Origin: Eledone cirrhosa
Lineage: Eukaryota
DNA: 64,000 bases
Direction: 5' to 3'
NCBI GenBank assembly: GCA_964016885.1
Contig: CAXHJY010000267.1
Location: 1-64,000, forward strand
This document shows, in pieces, positions 40,572-50,745 of the stretch. Made by a program: the position numbers and the translations under genes. Each line of letters begins with the position of its first letter. Position 1 is the stretch's first letter. A model generated the notes under the pieces. That model saw only the letters and a program-made list of their open reading frames with translations. It searched no databases and was not told the DNA's origin.

Positions 40572-41170
40572 ATGCGTCTCCCTAATAAATGTAGCGGTCC
40601 TGGCGTCAGTATAGAGGTAAGTAATCTATATTTTTAATTATTTATTGAAGAAAAAAATATAAACGAAATGAATGGAGGTAATTCGTTCGGAATAGAGATT
40701 TTCATGAGAAAATTGTTAGTGCGTTGGTCTGAAGACGATATTTTTTATGAATATAATTTCATAATTTATAGAGACAAAAAGGTTCAGAGGTCGAATCCCT
40801 CATCGTCTCAGTACCACCAATGCGCTAATAAGTTTCTTGTAGAAATATCTCTACTCAGAACCCCAAATTACCTCCCTTCGTTTCGTTTATTTTTTTTTAA
40901 ACAAAAATTGTGAAAAGTACCTATAAGTATGTGTTTGGAACTCAGTAGAATTGCGGCCTTCGAGGTGGCGCGCGAGCTGCGTCTCGTATCGCCGGTCCCA
41001 GTGACTGACGTTCGTTTCGTAGTGGCGTGCGACTGCTAAAAGGGCCTGGGACTGTCTGGGCCGGTACGTAGATACTGGCCCGTCCCAGACCACCTCGGAG
41101 AATTTTTTTGCTAAAAAAAACCTCGATTATCTCCCCTTGGATTTTACCTCCCTTGATTTTAAGAATTCAT
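40572..41170. repeat. Second copy of modules Y (40572-40720) and X (41047-41170) with a CpG-rich spacer
   Basis: Direct similarity to 39705-39850 and 39380-39550. Confidence 0.75.
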
Positions 41171-41189
41171 TTTGATTTTAAGAATTGAT

Positions 41190-42512
41190 TTAGATTTTTC
41201 GACTTTTCAAATAGATTTATTTTGGACATTTTGAACGCATTTCACATGGAATTCTTCTTCTCGACTTTTCAGAAACACTAATTTAATATAGAATTTGTTT
41301 TCGACTTTTCAAAAACACTCGTTTCATATAGATTTTTTTTTCGACTTTTCAAAAACACCCGTTTCATATAGATTTTTTTTTGACACTTTCAAAAACACTC
41401 ATTTCATATAGATTTTTTTTTCGACTTTTCAAAAACACCCGTTTCATATAGATTTTTTTTTTGACACTTTCAAAAACACTCATTTCATATAGATTTTTTT
41501 TTCGACTTTTCAAAAACACTCATTTCATATAGATTTTTTTTTCGACTTTTCAAAAACACCCGTTTCATATAGATTTTTTTTTGACACTTTCAAAAACACT
41601 CATTTCATATAGAATTTTTTTTCGACTTTTCAAAAACACCCGTTTCATATAGATTTTTTTTTCGACTTTTCAAAAACACCCGTTTCATATAGATTTTTTT
41701 TTTGACACTTTCAAAAACACTCATTTCATATAGATTTTTTTTTCGACTTTTCAAAAACACCCGTTTCATATAGATTTTTTTTTTCGACTTTTCAAAAACA
41801 CCCGTTTCATATAGATTTTTTTTTCGACTTTTCAAAAACACCCGTTTCATATAGATTTTTTTTTTGACACTTTCAAAAACACTCATTTCATATAGATTTT
41901 TTTTTCGACTTTTCAAAAACACCCGTTTCATATAGATTTTTTTTTTCGACTTTTCAAAAACACCCGTTTCATATAGATTTTTTTTTCGACTTTTCAAAAA
42001 CACCCGTTTCATATAGATTTTTTTTTGACACTTTCAAAAACACTCATTTCATATAGATTTTTTTTTTCGACTTTTCAAAAACACCCGTTTCATATAGATT
42101 TTTTTTTCGACTTTTCAAAAACACCCGTTTCATATAGATTTTTTTTTTGACACTTTCAAAAACACTCATTTCATATAGATTTTTTTTTCGACTTTTCAAA
42201 AACACTCATTTCATATAGATTTTTTTTTCGACTTTTCAAAAACACCCGTTTCATATAGATTTTTTTTTGACACTTTCAAAAACACTCATTTCATATAAAT
42301 TTTTTTTTCGACTTTTCAAAAACACCCGTCTCATATAGATTTTTTTTTCGACTTTTCAAAAACACCCGTTTCATATAGATTTTTTTTTTGACACTTTCAA
42401 AAACACTCATTTCATACAGATTTTTTTTTCGACTTTTCAAAAACACCCGTTTCATATAGATTTTTTTTTTGACACTTTCAAAAACACCCGTTTCATATAG
42501 ATTTTTTTTTTT
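41190..42512. repeat. ~40-bp poly-T-containing minisatellite (~32 copies)
   Basis: Unit GA(T)8-11[CGACT/GACAC]TTTCAAAAACAC[CCG/TCA]TTTCATATA; the 5' edge is degenerate. Confidence 0.95.
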
Positions 42513-42515
42513 TTT

Positions 42516-43005
42516 TAGACACTTCATTTAGTTTCTTGTTTTAGACACTTCATTTACATTCTTAATTTGTTTTCAGACACTTCATTTAGATTCTTAATTT
42601 CTTTTCAGACACTTCATGTAGATTCTTAGTTTCTTTTTTTAGACACTTCATTTAGATTCTTAATTTGTTTTCAGACACTTCATCTAGATTCTTAATTTCT
42701 TTTCAGACACTTCATTTAGATTCTTAATTTGTTTTCAGACACTTCATCTAGATTCTTAATTTCTTTTCAGACACTTCATTTAGATTCTTAGTTTGTTTTC
42801 ATACACTTCATCTAGATTCTTAATTTCTTTTCAGACACTTCATTTAGATTCTTAATTTTTTTCTTTTTAGACACTTAATTTGTTTTCAGACACTTCATTT
42901 AGATTCTTAATTTTTTTCTTTTTAGACACTTCATTTAGATTCTTAATTTGTTTTCAGACACTTCATCGAGATTCTTAGTTTCTTTTTCTAGACTCTTAAT
43001 TTGTT
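42516..43005. repeat. 32-bp minisatellite (~15 copies)
   Basis: Unit AGACACTTCAT[T/C]TAGATTCTTAATTT[G/C]TTTTC, period 32 (42672 to 42704). Confidence 0.93.
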
Positions 43006-43309
43006 CCAGGGCGACAACTCTTTAGTTTTTTTCAAGAGTTACCTCCCTTTATCCGAACTATGGAGTTACCTCCCTTACTTTGAAATATGATGTTGGAGTT
43101 ACCTCCCTTACTTTGTTCGAGGGAGGTAACTCTTTATTTATTTTTTTTTTTTGCAAGTTACCTCCCTTTATACGAACTATGATAATGGACTTAGATCCGT
43201 TTGCAATACGAATTATTACGTCTTACCCAGTTTAATAACTTCTTTTAAGGAGAATTGATTAGAAGCTATTCATGAGGCTTAATTTCTTCTTTTCACCGTC
43301 AAAATAGTA

Positions 43310-43475
43310 AACACAACTCGTATATAATATGTAAAGATTTCTTTATTCACGGCAAATTAAGCTGAACACAATTCATATATAATATGTAAACTTTATTATT
43401 AACACAATTCATATATAATATGTAAACATTTTTATTAACACAATTCTTATATAATATGTAAACTTTTTTATTAAC
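43310..43475. repeat. Short AT-rich ~36-bp tandem repeat (4 copies, the first longer)
   Basis: ACACAATTCATATATAATATGTAAAC...TTATTA repeated. Confidence 0.8.
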
Positions 43476-43990
43476 AGACAGTTCGTCAGGAAATTTCACA
43501 GCGGCAAACAACACAGCAAGTGACCGAGCAGGACATCTGTAACGAAAATGATATAAGAAAAACTATGAAAGTCATTTATATACGTTGTCAATAAAAAAAA
43601 AAGTTAAACTTTATTAAATTCTTCCAGTTTTGTCTTTTATTATAAATATATACACATTCAAATATATATACATGTAAGCACATCAAAGGCTGAGGCCCCA
43701 GGTTACGACGTTGAGCAAGGCGTGGTGTTGGGAGGTCGAGCGAAAACATGCCAGACAGTCCTGGTCAAACCAACCTGTCCGGGTGGCATCAAAGAAGCCA
43801 AGTTGGTTCTATGTCACGTAGGTTAAAAGTTAAGCGATATCGATCTAGTTAACACCGATTGCGATGATGATATCTAAAAATAAAAATTCATTCAAAACTT
43901 AAAGATGCTGGTTAATATTAATAACCAGAATATAGCAACCAACATCAGGGTGAACACCTTCCAGTAGTTAGTTGATCAACCCTGACTGAA

Positions 43991-44070
43991 GGAGGTACTG
44001 CTAACACTCACCCTGGTCACTTCTGCCAAAGGAGGTACTGCTAAGACTCACCCTGGTCACTTCTGCCAAG
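43991..44070. repeat. 40-bp tandem duplication (2 copies)
   Basis: GGAGGTACTGCTAA[C/G]ACTCACCCTGGTCACTTCTGCCAA at 43991 and 44031. Confidence 0.9.
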
Positions 44071-44609
44071 GTAAAGCTGAATATCTTATGGAAAAGAAAC
44101 TCCATCAGTTTTCCAACAAAGCCAAATATTTAATTATTTCACAGGTAAAGTATGTCTTACATTTACAGGTAGAAACAAACAATATTTAATATAGAAAATC
44201 TAACAAGATGTCATGAAAAGATATTGATATTATATAAATATTTATTGAGCAGTATCTAATAAAAACAAAAGCCTATTCAATATATACAAAGTTTAATATA
44301 TACACATGTGTTCATATATAAATAAATAGAAACAAAATACTCTATTAAAGGAACAGAAATGGAAAAAAGGGGATCCGCATCCAACGAAAGGGAGAGGGGG
44401 GACATTACAGTCTGAGTCGTTCCTCGCAGACAAAAGGGGAAAGGCTGAGCTGAAATATGTAAGAAACCTGATTCGAACACAAGTCCTTCAGAAGGTTGCT
44501 ACGTGTGGTACCCCAGAAGGGTCTCTATGGTGACAACTAACTGCAGCAGTGGCACTACTAGTGGGGAACCACGTCTGGTTGCATTAGTGTCACCCCAAAG
44601 ACAGGCTGC

Positions 44610-47600
44610 TAATATATACAAAGTTTAATATATACAAAGTTTAATATATACAAAGTTTAATATATACAAAGTTTAATATATACAAAGTTTAATATATACA
44701 AAGTTTAATATATGCAAAGTTTAATATATACAAACTTTAATATATACAAAGTTTAATATATACAAAGTTTAATATATGCAAAGTTTAATATATACAAAGT
44801 TTAATATATACAAACTTTAATATATACAAAGTTTAATATATACAAAGTTTAATATATGCAAAGTTTAATATATACAAAGTTTAATATATGCAAAGTTTAA
44901 TATATACAAAGTTTAATATATGCAAAGTTTAATATATACAAAGTTTAATATATGCAAAGTTTAATATATGCAAAGTTTAATATATACAAAGTTTAATATA
45001 TACAAAGTTTAATATATACAAAGTTTAATATATGCAAAGTTTAATATATACAAAGTTTAATATATACAAACTTTAATATATACAAAGTTTAATATATACA
45101 AAGTTTAATATATGCAAAGTTTAATATATACAAAGTTTAATATATGCAAAGTTTAATATATACAAAGTTTAATATATACAAAGTTTAATATATACAAAGT
45201 TTAATATATACAAAGTTTAATATATACAAACTTTAATATATACAAAGTTTAATATATACAAACTTTAATATATACAAAGTTTAATATATACAAAGTTTAA
45301 TATATACAAAGTTTAATATATACAAAGTTTAATATATACAAAGTTTAATATATACAAAGTTTAATATATACAAACTTTAATATATACAAAGTTTAATATA
45401 TACAAAGTTTAATATATGCAAAGTTTAATATATGCAAAGTTTAATATATACAAAGTTTAATATATACAAAGTTTAATATATACAAACTTTAATATATACA
45501 AAGTTTAATATATACAAAGTTTAATATATGCAAAGTTTAATATATACAAAGTTTAATATATACAAACTTTAATATATACAAAGTTTAATATATACAAAGT
45601 TTAATATATACAAAGTTTAATATATGCAAAGTTTAATATATACAAAGTTTAATATATGCAAAGTTTAATATATGCAAAGTTTAATATATACAAAGTTTAA
45701 TATATACAAAGTTTAATATATACAAAGTTTAATATATACAAAGTTTAATATATACAAAGTTTAATATATGCAAAGTTTAATATATACAAACTTTAATATA
45801 TACAAAGTTTAATATATACAAAGTTTAATATATGCAAAGTTTAATATATACAAAGTTTAATATATACAAACTTTAATATATACAAAGTTTAATATATACA
45901 AAGTTTAATATATGCAAAGTTTAATATATGCAAAGTTTAATATATACAAACTTTAATATATACAAACTTTAATATATACAAAGTTTAATATATACAAAGT
46001 TTAATATATGCAAAGTTTAATATATGCAAAGTTTAATATATACAAAGTTTAATATATACAAAGTTTAATATATACAAAGTTTAATATATACAAAGTTTAA
46101 TATATGCAAAGTTTAATATATACAAACTTTAATATATACAAAGTTTAATATATACAAAGTTTAATATATGCAAAGTTTAATATATACAAAGTTTAATATA
46201 TACAAACTTTAATATATACAAAGTTTAATATATACAAAGTTTAATATATACAAAGTTTAATATATACAAACTTTAATATATACAAACTTTAATATATACA
46301 AACTTTAATATATGCAAAGTTTAATATATGCAAACTTTAATATATACAAAGTTTAATATATACAAACTTTAATATATACAAAGTTTAATATATACAAAGT
46401 TTAATATATACAAAGTTTAATATATACAAAGTTTAATATATACAAAGTTTAATATATGCAAAGTTTAATATATACAAACTTTAATATATACAAAGTTTAA
46501 TATATACAAAGTTTAATATATGCAAAGTTTAATATATACAAAGTTTAATATATACAAACTTTAATATATACAAACTTTAATATATACAAAGTTTAATATA
46601 TACAAAGTTTAATATATACAAAGTTTAATATATACAAACTTTAATATATACAAACTTTAATATATACAAAGTTTAATATATACAAAGTTTAATATATACA
46701 AAGTTTAATATATACAAACTTTAATATATACAAACTTTAATATATACAAAGTTTAATATATACAAAGTTTAATATATACAAAGTTTAATATATACAAACT
46801 TTAATATATACAAACTTTAATATATACAAAGTTTAATATATACAAAGTTTAATATATACAAACTTTAATATATACAAACTTTAATATATACAAAGTTTAA
46901 TATATACAAACTTTAATATATACAAAGTTTAATATATACAAAGTTTAATATATACAAACTTTAATATATACAAACTTTAATATATACAAAGTTTAATATA
47001 TACAAACTTTAATATATGCAAAGTTTAATATATGCAAACTTTAATATATACAAAGTTTAATATATACAAACTTTAATATATACAAACTTTAATATATACA
47101 AACTTTAATATATACAAAGTTTAATATATACAAACTTTAATATATACAAACTTTAATATATACAAAGTTTAATATATACAAACTTTAATATATACAAAGT
47201 TTAATATATACAAAGTTTAATATATACAAAGTTTAATATATACAAAGTTTAATATATACAAAGTTTAATATATACAAAGTTTAATATATACAAACTTTAA
47301 TATATACAAAGTTTAATATATACAAAGTTTAATATATGCAAAGTTTAATATATGCAGAGTTTAATATATACAAAGTTTAATATATACAAAGTTTAATATA
47401 TACAAACTTTAATATATACAAAGTTTAATATATACAAAGTTTAATATATACAAAGTTTAATATATACAAAGTTTAATATATACAAACTTTAATATATACA
47501 AACTTTAATATATACAAAGTTTAATATATACAAAGTTTAATATATGCAAAGTTTAATATATACAAAGTTTAATATATGCAAAGTTTAATATATGCAAAGT

Positions 47601-49290
47601 TTAATATATACAAAGTTTAATATATACAAAGTTTAATATATACAAAGTTTAATATATACAAAGTTTAATATATACAAAGTTTAATATATGCAAAGTTTAA
47701 TATATACAAACTTTAATATATACAAAGTTTAATATATACAAAGTTTAATATATGCAAAGTTTAATATATACAAAGTTTAATATATACAAACTTTAATATA
47801 TACAAAGTTTAATATATACAAAGTTTAATATATGCAAAGTTTAATATATGCAAAGTTTAATATATACAAACTTTAATATATACAAACTTTAATATATACA
47901 AAGTTTAATATATACAAAGTTTAATATATGCAAAGTTTAATATATGCAAAGTTTAATATATACAAAGTTTAATATATACAAAGTTTAATATATACAAAGT
48001 TTAATATATACAAAGTTTAATATATGCAAAGTTTAATATATACAAACTTTAATATATACAAAGTTTAATATATACAAAGTTTAATATATGCAAAGTTTAA
48101 TATATACAAAGTTTAATATATACAAACTTTAATATATACAAAGTTTAATATATACAAAGTTTAATATATACAAAGTTTAATATATACAAACTTTAATATA
48201 TACAAACTTTAATATATACAAACTTTAATATATGCAAAGTTTAATATATGCAAACTTTAATATATACAAAGTTTAATATATACAAACTTTAATATATACA
48301 AAGTTTAATATATACAAAGTTTAATATATACAAAGTTTAATATATACAAAGTTTAATATATACAAAGTTTAATATATGCAAAGTTTAATATATACAAACT
48401 TTAATATATACAAAGTTTAATATATACAAAGTTTAATATATGCAAAGTTTAATATATACAAAGTTTAATATATACAAACTTTAATATATACAAACTTTAA
48501 TATATACAAAGTTTAATATATACAAAGTTTAATATATACAAAGTTTAATATATACAAACTTTAATATATACAAACTTTAATATATACAAAGTTTAATATA
48601 TACAAAGTTTAATATATACAAAGTTTAATATATACAAACTTTAATATATACAAACTTTAATATATACAAAGTTTAATATATACAAAGTTTAATATATACA
48701 AAGTTTAATATATACAAACTTTAATATATACAAACTTTAATATATACAAAGTTTAATATATACAAAGTTTAATATATACAAACTTTAATATATACAAACT
48801 TTAATATATACAAAGTTTAATATATACAAACTTTAATATATACAAAGTTTAATATATACAAAGTTTAATATATACAAACTTTAATATATACAAACTTTAA
48901 TATATACAAAGTTTAATATATACAAACTTTAATATATGCAAAGTTTAATATATGCAAACTTTAATATATACAAAGTTTAATATATACAAACTTTAATATA
49001 TACAAACTTTAATATATACAAACTTTAATATATACAAAGTTTAATATATACAAACTTTAATATATACAAACTTTAATATATACAAAGTTTAATATATACA
49101 AAGTTTAATATATACAAAGTTTAATATATACAAACTTTAATATATACAAACTTTAATATATACAAAGTTTAATATATACAAACTTTAATATATACAAACT
49201 TTAATATATACAAAGTTTAATATATACAAAGTTTAATATATACAAAGTTTAATATATACAAAGTTTAATATATACAAAGTTTAATATATA
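44610..49290. repeat. 16-bp AT-rich satellite (~292 copies)
   Basis: Unit TAATATAT[A/G]CAAA[G/C]TT. Confidence 0.98.
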
Positions 49291-49569
49291 ATGTCTTTGA
49301 AATGCTCTGCATTATCGATTACTCAAAGGTTAGTGTGTATTAATTTTATATTTCTAATATGAATGTCCATAGGTAGCTGACATAACTTTAATCATTTATC
49401 AATGTTTTAGATCTCTGGAAGGAATACTTGGCTGTAGGCTCAGGTATGATGCAATCATTTGAAAACTTTCACAAAGGTCCTCCGTCTCTGAGAGGGAGGA
49501 GTTGATTGAAATAAAAAATTGCGAGCAATCGAGTGCGAAAAAGCATTTTGGGCACTACCATGCAATTAA

Positions 49570-50080
49570 GTTTAAGTTAATTAGAAAACAAGTCATGGTT
49601 ATCAAATCAAATTTTGTTCACCTACAGTGGAGTTAACTTAAATTAAAATATAGGTGACCCTTAAAAGGGCCAGAGTAGAAAACTAATTTAAGTTAATTAG
49701 AAAACTAATTTAAGTTAATTAGACAACAAGTCATGGTTATCAAATCAAATTGTTTTCACCAACAGTGGAGTTAACTTAAATTAAAATATAGGTGACCCCT
49801 AAAAGGGCCAGAGTAGAAAAGATATTTAAGTTAATTAGAAAACTAATTTAAGTTAATTAGAAAACAAGTCATGGTTATCAAATGAAATTTTGTTCACCTA
49901 CAGTGGAGTTAACTTAAATTAAAATATAGGTGACCCCTAAAAGGGCCAGAGTAGAAAACTAATTTAAGTTAATTAGAAAACAAGTCATGGTTATCAAATC
50001 AAATTTTGTTCACCAACAGTGGAGTCAACTTAAATTAAAATATAGGTGACCCTTAAAAGGGCCAGAGTAGGTGACCCTTA
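49570..50080. repeat. 116/138-bp minisatellite (4 copies plus a partial)
   Basis: GGTGACCC[T/C]TAAAAGGGCC at 49653, 49791, 49929 and 50045; an optional 22-bp internal duplication gives the two periods. Confidence 0.92.
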
Positions 50081-50169
50081 CATCGATATGCTTTAAAATT
50101 AGAAAACAAATAAATGGTTATCAAATTCTTTTCACCAACCCTTTACATGAAATTAATTGTTTCTAATTT

Positions 50170-50278
50170 AGGCACAAGGCCAGCAATTAACCCAGTGTAT
50201 TACTGGTACTTTATTTTATTGACCCCGTAAGGATGAAAGGCAAAGTTAACCTCGGTGGGATTTGAACTCAGAATGGCA
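50170..50278 (-). mobile_element. tRNA-derived SINE fragment with Meta-domain-like core
   Basis: Minus strand reads GAGTTCAAATCCC (B-box-like) then ACCGAGGTTAACTTTGCCTTTCATCCTTACGGGGTCAATAAAATAAAGTACCAG, resembling the MetaSINE/Sauria-type core (recalled). Several copies occur in the window. Confidence 0.75.
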
Positions 50279-50279
50279 T

Positions 50280-50443
50280 ATATAATGAATATATAATGTA
50301 TATATAATGAAAGGACTGAGACAGGTATATAATATATACATACATACAAGTATATTTATATGTTCATAGACAATATATATGTATATATACACACATATAT
50401 GTATATATATAATGAAATGATTGAGACATAGGTATATAATATA

Positions 50444-50451
<8 letters not shown>
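50280..50451. repeat. TA-rich ~100-bp minisatellite, left part (split by the LINE)
   Basis: TATAATGAAA[T/G]GA[C/T]TGAGACA...GGTATATAATATATA units match 53986-54365. Confidence 0.8.
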
Positions 50452-50475
<24 letters not shown>

Positions 50476-50745
50476 AATTATTGTGTACAGTGCTCAGGTG
50501 CACTACAACTCATCAAAGGTGCATGTATAATACATAGAATAATGTACAAATGTCAGGAAAATGAACAGTGTATGAGTCATGATATAATAACAATAACAAT
50601 AATGAAATATTTGTACAGTGCCCAGGTGCACCACAACTCATCAAAAAAGTGCATGTACAGTACATAGGGCAATACACAAACATCAGTAAAATGAAAAGTG
50701 CACGAGTCATGATACACATGTGTGCATGTGTATGGAAGGGGTACA

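Noticed and set aside
40887-41093. 68-aa ORF in the CpG-rich patch
   Set aside because: Short, non-ATG start, no recognisable motif, and overlaps repeat module X.
41605-42527. Lysine-rich ORFs
   Set aside because: Poly-A tracts of the ~40-bp minisatellite read on the minus strand.
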